A stretch of DNA of 64,000 nucleotides, from positions 18,264 to 82,263 of the forward strand of contig JAZQIQ010000016.1 of the NCBI GenBank assembly GCA_045541195.1, in the 5' to 3' direction. Positions within the stretch are counted from its first letter, which is position 1. Each line of letters starts with the position of its first letter. Under the pieces are notes generated by a model. That model saw only the letters and a program-made list of their open reading frames with translations. It was not told the origin of the DNA and did no database searches. Below, piece after piece: positions 48,106 to 58,131 of this stretch. Origin of the DNA: Acetatifactor sp. (lineage in GTDB: Bacteria; Bacillota; Clostridia; Lachnospirales; Lachnospiraceae). Position numbers and translations under genes: made by a program.

Positions 48106-48962
48106 AAATCGAAAAGAAGATTTTTGATTGGATTGATAAGAATCGCTTGATTCTGTCCTTTTTGTTGATTACTGTACTGACTCTGTATTTGCGGAAAATC
48201 GGGGTGTGGTGGAATTACTCTGATGTGGCAACTGCATTTGATATGCATCCCAACTATATAGAGAGCAGTCTGTATCACTTGATTGTGAGATTGGCACAGT
48301 GCATACCCATTTTACCCCTTCACAGTATCAAATGGCTGGCGGGACTTTGTGATTATGTGCTGGTGTTCCTGTGTGTCTATAGTGTGGAGGCGTCCGTAAA
48401 AAAGTGGCAGGAACGGGAAATTATTACGTATATAATATTGATTTTGTCACCGGTGCTTTATATCCGTGGTATTATCTGGGGACAGATTGACAGTGTTGCC
48501 ATGGTGTTTTTGATTCTGGCGTATCTGTTATGGGAGAAGAAACGGATTCTGCCGGCTTTTGTTTCTGCTACTGTGGCATGTGCATTATATCCCTGTCTGC
48601 TTCTGATTGTGGTCATATATTTTTGCTATGTGGATAAGGATAGGTGTTTCTACTATACCGTGTGGATTCTTACGGACACAGCAGTGCTGTTGGGACTTTG
48701 CTCCTTAGTAATGGGAAATGGCTTTTTAGAAGGTGTGGAAACCATGTTTCGGTGGGGAACTTACAATATGCTGTATGGAACGTTGTTCACCTTTGGCACG
48801 GATTGGCTTAGGCAGCTAATGGTATTGTATGGTTTGCCGGCATCGGTATTGATGATCCTGGGAACATTACGGGGAAAGGTGTCTTATAAGTGGACTGTTT
48901 TGGTGCATGTTCTGGTGACAATCTGGTATGGGAGCATAATTTTCTGGGAAAAACTGTATTAA
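48099..48962 (+). CDS. Shorter GT-C-like paralog of the upstream gene
   Basis: SPVLYIRGIIWGQIDSV matches NPVAVVNSGYLAQCESV; 287 aa, hydrophobic. Confidence 0.55.
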   Translation: MLKIEKKIFDWIDKNRLILSFLLITVLTLYLRKIGVWWNYSDVATAFDMHPNYIESSLYHLIVRLAQCIPILPLHSIKWLAGLCDYVLVFLCVYSVEASVKKWQEREIITYIILILSPVLYIRGIIWGQIDSVAMVFLILAYLLWEKKRILPAFVSATVACALYPCLLLIVVIYFCYVDKDRCFYYTVWILTDTAVLLGLCSLVMGNGFLEGVETMFRWGTYNMLYGTLFTFGTDWLRQLMVLYGLPASVLMILGTLRGKVSYKWTVLVHVLVTIWYGSIIFWEKLY

Positions 48963-48983
48963 TCGAAGGATGAAAAGGAAAGC

Positions 48984-50459
48984 ATGAAGATAATTGAGAA
49001 GATAAATTATAGGAAGATTGTGGCTCTGGGAAGTCTGTTCTTTTTCATACTGTCATTGCTTCCGCTTTTATATGTGGGTATGTATAATCATCCTACCGGG
49101 GATGATATCTATTATGGACTTCAAGCGCATCTTGCATGGGAGGAGACCGGTTCCCTTTGGCAGGCATTGGTGGCTGCCATTAAGAGCGTGGGAGAATATT
49201 ATTACAAGTGGCAGGGAACATTTTCTGCAATGCTTGTTATGCATTTGCAGCCTACGGTTTTTGCAGAAGGGGCGTATTTTCTAACTCCGTATATTGTATT
49301 AGGCAGTCTTCTGAGCGGAAGCGCATATCTTTGGCGTCAGCTTACACGATTTATTCTTCCGGTGGAAAAGCTTGAGGCAGTGGGAATATGGTCTGTTGTA
49401 ATGTTTGTGGCAATTCAGTGGGCGTTCAGTATAGGGGAAGCCTTCTACTGGTTTAACGGAGCTGTGTATTATTCCGGGTTTTACGGAATTATGTTGTGGA
49501 TGTTTGGACTGATTTGCAAGTATTTATATGTGGGCGGAAAGCACCGGATTATTCTGGCATATGTTTTGGCAGTGCTACTGGGTGGCAGTAATTATATTAC
49601 GTTACTGTTTTCCATGATTGTACTTATGCTTATCAGTGATTATCTGTTCTGGAAGAAGAATTCTAAGAAGTGGCCGGTACTAGGAGTGTTTGCGGTAATG
49701 GGAATCTGTCTGATTATCAGTGCGGCAGCACCGGGAAACCGTGTCCGTGGGGCCATGGCTGCATCCTTACCGGCTTATAAGGCAATTCTTTTAAGTCTGT
49801 GGAAAGGGGTAGGCTTTACTGATTTATGGTTGGATGCATGGTGGTTTATCGGAGCGCTGCTTCTTTTGCCCTTTTTTGTTTCCATTATTCGGAGAACTCA
49901 TTGGAAGTACTCTTACCCGTTGCCGGTGGTTGGGTTTTTATACGGAATGTTTTGTTCGATGATTTGTCCGACCTTGTATGCACAGTCTACAGCGGGACCG
50001 GGAAGGGCAGTGAATCTGTATCGTTACGGCTTTGTTCTGTTGTCTTATATTGCTTTGTTCTATGTGGTCGGATGGTGTGTCCGTAAGTTGGAAGAACATG
50101 TGGAAGATGTGGAGAGGCTGCTTAGAAGCTTTAAGGGTTTTGGGATCCTGGCTATGAGTTGTATCATAGTGCTTCAGCTTGGAATCAGCTATAATAACGG
50201 AAGTTACAGGGAGATTTCTGTAGTAAAGGCTGTTTCTGATATTGTAAGCGGCACGGGAGCTGCTTACGATGCAGAGTATGAAAAGCGTCTGGAGATGCTA
50301 CGGGCTGACCATAATGGGGATGTGGTGTTTACACCTTTTGTGAACCGCCCCCAGACGGTATATGTGGGAGATTTGGGGCAGGATGCCTCTTTTGGGGCGA
50401 ACCAGGCTATGGCTAAGTGGTATCATAAAAGCAGTGTAATCGTTGATTGGGGAATGTAG
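48984..50459 (+). CDS. DUF6056-like membrane protein, probable GT-C
   Basis: YNHPTGDD, WQGTFS, FYWFNG, GGSNY, APGNRVR; paralog of 51635-53116. Confidence 0.62.
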   Translation: MKIIEKINYRKIVALGSLFFFILSLLPLLYVGMYNHPTGDDIYYGLQAHLAWEETGSLWQALVAAIKSVGEYYYKWQGTFSAMLVMHLQPTVFAEGAYFLTPYIVLGSLLSGSAYLWRQLTRFILPVEKLEAVGIWSVVMFVAIQWAFSIGEAFYWFNGAVYYSGFYGIMLWMFGLICKYLYVGGKHRIILAYVLAVLLGGSNYITLLFSMIVLMLISDYLFWKKNSKKWPVLGVFAVMGICLIISAAAPGNRVRGAMAASLPAYKAILLSLWKGVGFTDLWLDAWWFIGALLLLPFFVSIIRRTHWKYSYPLPVVGFLYGMFCSMICPTLYAQSTAGPGRAVNLYRYGFVLLSYIALFYVVGWCVRKLEEHVEDVERLLRSFKGFGILAMSCIIVLQLGISYNNGSYREISVVKAVSDIVSGTGAAYDAEYEKRLEMLRADHNGDVVFTPFVNRPQTVYVGDLGQDASFGANQAMAKWYHKSSVIVDWGM

Positions 50460-50470
50460 TACAAAAGCTA

Positions 50471-50499
50471 TGGTAAATATCATGCGGATGTGCTATAAT
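50471..50499 (+). promoter_or_regulatory. Extended -10 promoter of pseB
   Basis: TGCTATAAT at 50491-50499, weak -35 TGGTAA 17 bp upstream of TATAAT. Confidence 0.5.
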
Positions 50500-50584
50500 C
50501 TTTGCGAGCAAGTAGTCTGCGTGGCAGATAACAAAGCGTGGAGTGCAGATTTGCGAGTAGAAAATGCAATGAAAGAGGTTAAGT

Positions 50585-51580
50585 ATGTTAAATAATAAAT
50601 CGATTTTAATTACCGGTGGTACCGGAAGCTTTGGTAAAGCATTTACCAAGTATGTTTTAGAGCATTATGAACCGAAGAAGATTATCATTTATTCCAGAGA
50701 TGAGTTCAAGCAGTTTATCATGCAGAACGAGTTTAAGCAGTATGCGGACAAGCTTCGTTTCTTTATCGGTGATGTAAGGGATAAAGAAAGACTTATGAGA
50801 GCTTTCGAAGGTGTGGATTATGTAATCCATGCAGCTGCAATGAAGCAGGTTCCAGCATGTGAGTACAATCCTGCTGAAGCAATCAAGACTAATATCAATG
50901 GTGCGCAGAATATTATTGATGCGGCACTGGATATGGGTGTGAAGAAGGTAGTGGCATTATCCACAGACAAGGCTGTAAATCCGGTAAATCTTTATGGTGG
51001 TACAAAGCTTGTTTCAGATAAGCTTTTTATTGCTGCAAATGCATATGCAGGTAATAAGGATATCAACTTCTCTATTGTAAGATATGGTAATGTGGCAGGC
51101 AGCCGCGGAAGTGTTATTCCATTTTTCAATAATATCATCAAAAATGGAGGAAAAGAGCTTCCGATTACCGATTATCGCATGACCCGTTTCTGGATTAGCT
51201 TGCAGCAGGGTGTGGAGCTGGTGGTTAAGGCGCTTGAGGAGGCAAAGGGCGGTGAGACCTTTATTTCTAAGATTCCTTCCTTCAAGATTACCGATCTTGC
51301 GCAGGCGATGATGCCGGGCTGTGAGATGCCGGAAGTAGGTATTCGTGAGGGCGAGAAGCTTCATGAAATCATGGTAACTGTAGAGGACTCCATGACTACT
51401 TACGAGTATGACAAGCATTTTATCGTATATCCGCAGATGACTTGGAGCGATTCTCATAAAGCCGTTCCTACCGGTAAGAAGGTTCCGGAGGGCTTCTCAT
51501 ACAGCTCAGGTAACAATGACTGGTGGCTTTCTGTGGAAGAGATTAAAGAACTTCTTAAGACTGTAGATTTAGAAAAATAA
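50585..51580 (+). CDS. pseB: UDP-N-acetylglucosamine 4,6-dehydratase (inverting)
   Basis: LITGGTGSFG, IGDVRDKERL, HAAAMKQVPACEYNP, STDKAVNPVNLYGGTK, RYGNVAGSRGSV, MTRFWI, IREGEKLHE. Confidence 0.92.
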   Translation: MLNNKSILITGGTGSFGKAFTKYVLEHYEPKKIIIYSRDEFKQFIMQNEFKQYADKLRFFIGDVRDKERLMRAFEGVDYVIHAAAMKQVPACEYNPAEAIKTNINGAQNIIDAALDMGVKKVVALSTDKAVNPVNLYGGTKLVSDKLFIAANAYAGNKDINFSIVRYGNVAGSRGSVIPFFNNIIKNGGKELPITDYRMTRFWISLQQGVELVVKALEEAKGGETFISKIPSFKITDLAQAMMPGCEMPEVGIREGEKLHEIMVTVEDSMTTYEYDKHFIVYPQMTWSDSHKAVPTGKKVPEGFSYSSGNNDWWLSVEEIKELLKTVDLEK

Positions 51581-51590
51581 TTTGATGAAC

Positions 51591-51620
51591 AATCCTGGGC
51601 TTAGGTCTGGGATTTGTTTT
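51591..51620 (+). terminator. Probable terminator after pseB
   Basis: AATCCTGGGC-TTA-GGTCTGGGATT stem with G-U pairs, then TGTTTTT. Confidence 0.5.
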
Positions 51621-51634
51621 TATAAGGGGATAGA

Positions 51635-53116
51635 ATGTTACAGAGGATTTCGGAAAAAGTACAGGAGCGGTGTATTGCTACTGTTTTGTTGGCTGGATTG
51701 GTAGTGATTTTAATCCCGCTTTTGGCAATTGCAAAATATAATCTTCCTTCGGTGGATGATTATGCATTTGCTACTATGGCGGGATACAGTTTCGGGGAAG
51801 AATTTAGTTTCTTTGAGATTCTTCTTGTGGAGATTAAGAATGCATATATTCAGTGGAGAGATTGGCAGGGATTGTATTTTTCTAATTGGGTGTCGCTGAC
51901 AATCAATGCGCTGTGTATGAGAGAGTATTACTACCTGACACCACTGTTTTCCTTGGGATTTCTGGTGGTGGCAGAGCTGGTTGCCGGATGCAGTGTTATG
52001 AAAGTGGGCTTTGGTTCTTCGAGAGCTTTGGCCATGATATTCGTAATACCTTGCGTTGCGCTTCAGGTGTTACTGATTCCAAGTCCGGTAGAAGGCTTTT
52101 ATTGGATGTGCGGTTCCACGATTTATACTATGATGCTGGCCATAACATTTTTGTATTTGGCAGCAGAGACGTGCCTTTTGTGCGATGGAGGTACCCAGAC
52201 TCGTCTATGGAAGATTTTGGTAGTACTGGGCACTGTTGCGGTAGGTGGAAGTAATTATATTTGTATGATGCTGGTTATCGGGATTGATGCCTGCATGTTA
52301 TTATATGCTTTTTGGAAAAAGAATCCCCACAGACGTTTTTGGGTTTTTAAATATGTGTTGCTGATTGGGTGCGTACTGTTGTGTGTGCTCAGTCCGGGAA
52401 GTGCTAAGAGACAAGCCGGTGCAGGAGAGCATCTCCCTGCAATGGAGGCGATATTACGTTCATTTACAGAGTCCTATACATACATTAAGACCTGGTCTAT
52501 TTTGCCGGTAATTTTATTGGTGATATTCATGCTTCCGGTTGCGTGGAAGATAGTTTCTGTCCGTAAATACAGATATCCGTTGCCTGTTCTCTTTACGCTG
52601 GGAACCTATTGCATTTTTTCCATGTTATTTACACCGAATTTATATGCATTAGGAATTATTGGTGCGTATCGTATCCAGAACATATATCGCATCTCTATGT
52701 ATATTATGTATTTTGCTAATTTGTTGTATTGGACGGGATATCTTCAAAGAATTTTGGCACGGACAAGTATTCCGGATAAGATAAACGGGAGTAGAAGGCC
52801 CTTGCTTGGTTTTGGATATTTTGCTGTGGCTGGCAGTGTGACCATGCTATTAATTCTATATTATGGTGGTTCGACAGTGACCTCATTAAGTGCCTTTCGC
52901 AGTTTACGAAATGGGACAGCGGAGGAATATTATTCTACATATGAGCAGCGTCTGAATATTCTTGAGGATGAAACTGTTACAGATGTGATACTGCCTGCTT
53001 ATGTAGACGCGCCATACGTTCTCTTTTTCGGAGATGTGAAAACAGAGGCCGATGCATGGGAAAATCAGGCATTAGCTACATATTATCATAAAAACAGCGT
53101 TGTTCTTGAACCTTAA
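51635..53116 (+). CDS. DUF6056-like membrane protein, probable GT-C
   Basis: YNLPSVDD, WQGLYFS, FYWMCG, GGSNY, SPGSAKR; paralog of 48984-50459. Confidence 0.62.
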   Translation: MLQRISEKVQERCIATVLLAGLVVILIPLLAIAKYNLPSVDDYAFATMAGYSFGEEFSFFEILLVEIKNAYIQWRDWQGLYFSNWVSLTINALCMREYYYLTPLFSLGFLVVAELVAGCSVMKVGFGSSRALAMIFVIPCVALQVLLIPSPVEGFYWMCGSTIYTMMLAITFLYLAAETCLLCDGGTQTRLWKILVVLGTVAVGGSNYICMMLVIGIDACMLLYAFWKKNPHRRFWVFKYVLLIGCVLLCVLSPGSAKRQAGAGEHLPAMEAILRSFTESYTYIKTWSILPVILLVIFMLPVAWKIVSVRKYRYPLPVLFTLGTYCIFSMLFTPNLYALGIIGAYRIQNIYRISMYIMYFANLLYWTGYLQRILARTSIPDKINGSRRPLLGFGYFAVAGSVTMLLILYYGGSTVTSLSAFRSLRNGTAEEYYSTYEQRLNILEDETVTDVILPAYVDAPYVLFFGDVKTEADAWENQALATYYHKNSVVLEP

Positions 53117-53141
53117 CGGGACAAGAACAACGCTGTTTTTA
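53089..53141. terminator. 20-bp perfect inverted repeat spanning both stops of a convergent pair
   Basis: TAAAAACAGCGTTGTTCTTG-N13-CAAGAACAACGCTGTTTTTA. Confidence 0.75.
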
Positions 53142-54764
53142 GTTTTGGGGAATGGCCACGTACCAATCACAGAACTTTGTTAAGTTGAAATCGCTGAAAT
53201 AGTCCACTTCCGTGTAGTAAAGAAGGTATATTTCATCTTGGTTAATATTATTAAAATTGATTCCCATATAAAATGTTACGCCGTCACAGTCAAATCTGGA
53301 TGGTGCAGGAAGATTTTCACTGTAGACCAAAGTTTCCAGATACTCTTTTGCACCGGTTTCGGTAGCCAGCAGCACGTTTGGATACTTTAAACCGGCATTT
53401 ACGTATACGGAACTGTTGACCTGGCGGGCCTGTTCCAGGGCGAAGCGCACCGCATCGTCTGCGCCTTCCTGAAAATGTGCAGAAGCAAGGTCTTTGTACG
53501 AGGTATAGTATTTTATCTGGAATCCGGTGAGATTTACCAGATAGATGCCCAAGATGATAAGAATGATAAAATGTTTGACCTTGGTGGCTACGCCGGTATT
53601 CCAAATGCGTACGATGCCTTTGGACAGTAGTTCCAGAGTAAAAAGGATGCCTATAGCTTCGCAAAGAATTAATGGAAGGTATAAACAGTTAATCTGGGTC
53701 ATGGTAACTGTGACAAGGCAACCTACGATTCCGGCTCCGATCAGCTGGGTAAAAATAAAGAAATCATAAGAGAATTCTTTATGGGCAAAAGATTGCAAGG
53801 TTCTAGCAAGGATTACAAGTACTCCGATGCAGATAAAGATTCTGCCGATATCGTAGAAAAAGCCATAAGGCATTATGACATCATAGGGGCGTCCGATATC
53901 CTGCTTTACAAGCAAACGTAACACATTGCGGATATTGGATAGAATTTCGGACAAAGATGTGGCCAACTCTCCGGAGCGGAAAGAAGTCATCTTGTAGATA
54001 GAAAAACATCCAATCTTTATTGTGGGGAGTAGCTCCATATTGACAAGTAAAAATAATACAAGAGGAAGTCCCAGGGCAACAAGAATCAGACCAAAGCTGA
54101 AAAACCAGCGGTTACATTTAAGCTTACCGGTTACAAAGCTATATACTATCTGAAGAAGAATCATAACCGGAACAATGGGCCAGATTGTGGCGTAGCAGTA
54201 TAAACTGAGTCCGTAACAGAGAGCTGAAAGTGGTAAAAACCTGGGATTGTCCAGCCCTTTTATCCAGAAAAAGAGTCCTAAAATTAAGAATCCGGGGGCG
54301 AGATTGGATTCCAGTCCCCAGCGGGACATCATTACATGCCATGGACAGATTGCGGCTAAGAATAGCGCCCAAAGAGCAGCCGGCTGTGAATACATCCTCT
54401 TCATCATGGAGTATATGGCAAGGAGTGATGCTATGGACACTATCACCTGCGGAAGTCTCACGACTAAGGGAGTGATGTGTCCGCCGGAGAGAAAAATCAA
54501 AGGAAGCATTAAATAAGAGTTAAGGGCATTTTGACCATGAGCCCACGCCTCGAAATATACAGGATAGCTATATCCGGCAGAGTCAATGCCATCCTTGTAT
54601 AGGGATAAGGCATTCCAGGCACCATAGGCTTCGTCGCGGTGATAACCGCCCGGAATTTCTCCTAAGCGGAATACTCTCAAAAAAATCCCTGCCGATAAAA
54701 TAAGAAATAATAAGCACCAATCTTTATGTTTTTTCAGAAAATCAATTATTTGTCTCATAATCAT
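53139..54764 (-). CDS. ArnT/PMT-family (GT39/GT83-like) GT-C glycosyltransferase
   Basis: GYHRDEAY (DE motif), RLPQ, PWHVMMSRWGLESN, many TMs. Confidence 0.78.
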   Translation of the reverse strand: MIMRQIIDFLKKHKDWCLLFLILSAGIFLRVFRLGEIPGGYHRDEAYGAWNALSLYKDGIDSAGYSYPVYFEAWAHGQNALNSYLMLPLIFLSGGHITPLVVRLPQVIVSIASLLAIYSMMKRMYSQPAALWALFLAAICPWHVMMSRWGLESNLAPGFLILGLFFWIKGLDNPRFLPLSALCYGLSLYCYATIWPIVPVMILLQIVYSFVTGKLKCNRWFFSFGLILVALGLPLVLFLLVNMELLPTIKIGCFSIYKMTSFRSGELATSLSEILSNIRNVLRLLVKQDIGRPYDVIMPYGFFYDIGRIFICIGVLVILARTLQSFAHKEFSYDFFIFTQLIGAGIVGCLVTVTMTQINCLYLPLILCEAIGILFTLELLSKGIVRIWNTGVATKVKHFIILIILGIYLVNLTGFQIKYYTSYKDLASAHFQEGADDAVRFALEQARQVNSSVYVNAGLKYPNVLLATETGAKEYLETLVYSENLPAPSRFDCDGVTFYMGINFNNINQDEIYLLYYTEVDYFSDFNLTKFCDWYVAIPQN

Positions 54765-56310
54765 TTTGTTCTCGATTCACTTTCTTTTTTGCACATGGGC
54801 AGACTGTTGCCATTGCAGCATAAGGTATCATCAATAAAAAATAGGCAAGAATGTATCTGGAATTTGCTTCCCAAATCAGGTGAAAGAGAAAGCCGCCAAG
54901 GATTCCGATGATGCCAATATATAGTGGCAGATTTCTGCTGGTTCTGTTGCGAATCAGAAATACCAGTACCCCTATATAAATCAGACATTGATATATATTG
55001 CAATATTCAGTAAATGCTTTTCCCAGAGCGCCGTCAAAGAGGCTGGCAAACATACCGGTCCGATTATGGAACGCGCTGACAATTGCCTGTCTGCAGGCAT
55101 AACTGCCGTCGGTCCATTGGGACAGAAGCTTGTCCCGATAGAAAGAAAAGGCATATCCGGGATTACGGGAAAAGTTCTCCAAACGCATCTGAATCCTTTC
55201 TTTACTGATGGCATCCGTTAATTCGTTATCCAGTCCGGTCTCCATGTAAGTGTTGAAATTAAAGCCGTTGTACCAACCGTTTCCTCTGGGAGATTCCTGC
55301 ATACCCATGGCAAAGTAGCTATATGCGGATACTCCGGGAAGAAGATAATTGTCAGCGCGAAGCTCATAAATCTTTTGCACTGACGGAAGTACACTCACTG
55401 TCAAAACTGCTAAAATAACGCCATAGACAGCCAATCTGTGTTCTTGGGTTTTCATCCAGTGAAAGAAAATTGCAAGTAAAACGGCGATGATTAAAATCAA
55501 AGTGTTCTTCCGCAACATTACGCTAAGGGTAAAAGAAAAAATACTTACTACCAGCTTTTTCGTTTTTGCTTCCTGAAAAATATGGGACAGTAAAAAGTAG
55601 AGTCCCATGGAAAAGAATCCAAAAGAAGGAATTTCTCCATATACAAAGGATGTGTAGAACATCAAAGGTAGATTACCCATTGCCAATAGCAGGTAGGTGA
55701 CCTTGGCCTTTTCCGATGACGTTATTACGGATACGCTGCGATACTGAAAATAAACAATCCCCCATGCCAGAAGTATGTTCAGCAGTTTGATTACATGATA
55801 TGCCGGTGCACCGAGAGGGAGTAAGTTCCAAAGGCGAATCACCAGCTCGTAGTACGCAATCAGGCCAATTTGCTGAGGATAAAAGGACAGGTAAGTATTG
55901 CCGGAAGGCTGAATCGCTGCCAGGTTTCCTTCTGCAAAGGACTCGCCAATGGCATAAACGCTGTAGGAATCCGCCGCAGGAATAAGACGTCCGAAAATCA
56001 ACAAGATTCCGCCACCGCAAAGAAGCGCACCAAAGACGGTAGGCAGGAGAATCCTGCGGAGTTTTTTTAGGCAGGTCTCCTCCAGTTTTTGGATAAATAG
56101 GATACCTGCGAAAAGAATGGCGATTACCGGAAGGTGAAACCACAATGGGTCAAAATGAGAGTGCATGATTTGTGACTCCATTTCCTCTGCGTAAAAGCTT
56201 ATAAAAAGCGTGGAAACAGAGAGCACGGAGAATAGTCCCATACTCAGAATCACTACCGTCTGAAAAGCCAGATTATGCAATTTTTGACACAGTTGATTGG
56301 CTGTTTTCAT
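54742..56310 (-). CDS. Polytopic membrane protein, probable GT-C glycosyltransferase
   Basis: PAADS, YLSFYPQQIGL, FVYGEIP, LRKN, YFAMGMQE, WEANSRY; start 56310 or 56325. Confidence 0.65.
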   Translation of the reverse strand: MKTANQLCQKLHNLAFQTVVILSMGLFSVLSVSTLFISFYAEEMESQIMHSHFDPLWFHLPVIAILFAGILFIQKLEETCLKKLRRILLPTVFGALLCGGGILLIFGRLIPAADSYSVYAIGESFAEGNLAAIQPSGNTYLSFYPQQIGLIAYYELVIRLWNLLPLGAPAYHVIKLLNILLAWGIVYFQYRSVSVITSSEKAKVTYLLLAMGNLPLMFYTSFVYGEIPSFGFFSMGLYFLLSHIFQEAKTKKLVVSIFSFTLSVMLRKNTLILIIAVLLAIFFHWMKTQEHRLAVYGVILAVLTVSVLPSVQKIYELRADNYLLPGVSAYSYFAMGMQESPRGNGWYNGFNFNTYMETGLDNELTDAISKERIQMRLENFSRNPGYAFSFYRDKLLSQWTDGSYACRQAIVSAFHNRTGMFASLFDGALGKAFTEYCNIYQCLIYIGVLVFLIRNRTSRNLPLYIGIIGILGGFLFHLIWEANSRYILAYFLLMIPYAAMATVCPCAKKKVNREQNDYETNN

Positions 56311-57967
56311 CTTCTTTGCTGACAATTCCTTTATTTTTGGTGGAATCCCGGGATACTAAAAAACTGATAAATACCGGGAAAGCGTAGAATAGTATTAAGT
56401 AGTAACGAACCAGTGAAATCGGCCCTAAGAAGTTGGTCAAGCAGTATGCCAGAACCAAAATCAGGGGCATGGTGATTTCAGGGCGTTTTCTGCAGATTCC
56501 GTATGCGAGGGTAAACAGTGCAATCCAAAGCATGGCACCCACGGAGAACAGAAGGCGCACTACCGGAATCTTTTGATAGTAGTAGTCGCCTGAAATCTTA
56601 TCGTAAAAAAGAATTAAATCCAGATTCCTGGTTTCCCTTTCCACATGTCCGCTCATTTCCAGAGAGAAGTAAAATGTCCTCTCTGCGCCCGGTCTGTCAT
56701 AGATGGAGGTGCCGGGATACCATGCCTGATAAGTATTCTCCAGGAAGGAGCGGATATACGCCATGGGGTGCTCAATGCCGGCTTTTATCCAAAGCTTCGT
56801 CAAACCACCAATATTTGCAAAAAGCGTATCATTATCAATGTGGTTTTTTACGTTATCCGAAGAAAAAGGATTGTAAGACATCAAGGTATCGTGGGAAACA
56901 ATAGTATATAAAAATTCAAGCTCTTCTTCTGTGAATATTTCGGGGCCATGGTCCTTATATGCTCTTGCAAGCTGTTGCAGAGGTACGGACAGCATTTCTA
57001 TTTTGCCACCTTTTTCAGCCTGCAAGCCGATTTCCAAACCCTTGGAACAACCGGTGTAGAGAAGGAACAGGGATGCGGTCAAAATAACCAGCTTAAACCG
57101 ATATTTCTTCTGCCATAAGATGGCGCATATTCCAAAGATAAGAATGGCATAAATGCCGTTATTGCGAAGCAGACATGCCAGTATGGAAAAGAGAACAAAG
57201 CGGATAATCTTCCATTTGTTCCCGAAAAAGGCATCCATATCCAGATTCATTTCGTAAATGCACAGCATTACCAGATGGAAGAACAAGGAAAACAACACAT
57301 CTTTGGTGGTGCTCATGGCAAAAAGAACAATGGTAGGGAAGAATGCATAGTAAAGAAAGGAAATCCCCACAACAAGTTTTCTTTTGCAGATTTTGAGCAT
57401 GCTGTATAAAGAGTAGGTCAAAATCACGGAACAGACAAGCATCTGGAAAATACAGTATACCAGAATTCCAAGGTTAAGTTCCCCGCCGGTGATATCCAGG
57501 GTCCACTTGATTATTTTACCCATAATCAGTGTATGTAATAAGGGATGATGGGTAGAATAGGGGACGGTATCGTACATTGCCTGCGGAATCTGACCGATGG
57601 CGTCGTAATTATAACATCCCGGGTAGCATGCAAGCAGTGCCGGAATCCAGCATATGAACAGTAAGGCGGTAATCCCAACCCAAATAAGAGGATGCAGGAA
57701 TTTGTTGGATACTGCTTCTTTGGAATGCTCCGACAACTTGTCCAAAAGGCGGAAAAGAAATGTCAAAATGATAAACCATAAGGCAAATTCCATAATTCCC
57801 AGAATCAGGCATTGTGGGAGGGAGAGTACTCCTATATTCTGAAACAAGGCAGAGCGGTGTACAGTGGTGCTGTAAAGCATGCTTAACTGATAGCCGATGA
57901 TTTGCATTAAAGTAAATGAAAGAGAAAGTGCTGAAATACTGAGAATAGTTCTTTTTTCTGGTTTCAT
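56273..57967 (-). CDS. DUF6020-like membrane protein, probable GT-C
   Basis: YPGCYNYD, HHPLLHT, KDVLFS, LRNNG, EMLSVPLQQLAR, LVRYY; paralog of 59092-60750. Confidence 0.65.
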   Translation of the reverse strand: MKPEKRTILSISALSLSFTLMQIIGYQLSMLYSTTVHRSALFQNIGVLSLPQCLILGIMEFALWFIILTFLFRLLDKLSEHSKEAVSNKFLHPLIWVGITALLFICWIPALLACYPGCYNYDAIGQIPQAMYDTVPYSTHHPLLHTLIMGKIIKWTLDITGGELNLGILVYCIFQMLVCSVILTYSLYSMLKICKRKLVVGISFLYYAFFPTIVLFAMSTTKDVLFSLFFHLVMLCIYEMNLDMDAFFGNKWKIIRFVLFSILACLLRNNGIYAILIFGICAILWQKKYRFKLVILTASLFLLYTGCSKGLEIGLQAEKGGKIEMLSVPLQQLARAYKDHGPEIFTEEELEFLYTIVSHDTLMSYNPFSSDNVKNHIDNDTLFANIGGLTKLWIKAGIEHPMAYIRSFLENTYQAWYPGTSIYDRPGAERTFYFSLEMSGHVERETRNLDLILFYDKISGDYYYQKIPVVRLLFSVGAMLWIALFTLAYGICRKRPEITMPLILVLAYCLTNFLGPISLVRYYLILFYAFPVFISFLVSRDSTKNKGIVSKEDENSQSTVSKIA

Positions 57968-58048
57968 AATTTGTCTTCCGTTTTTATTTTATATTTACAT
58001 TTTAATATAGCACAAAACAGTGGGATAATGCTATAATTATGTTGCATT

Positions 58049-58078
58049 TTGCATTTGAGCCGTACATGCTGGTATAAT
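58049..58078 (+). promoter_or_regulatory. Promoter of the right-hand operon
   Basis: TTGCAT-N18-TATAAT with TG extension; further TGnTATAAT-like motifs nearby. Confidence 0.5.
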
Positions 58079-58131
58079 GCCAAAAAATGTGGTAAAATGA
58101 AATATCATTCATTAAATAAAGGGGTACGCCA

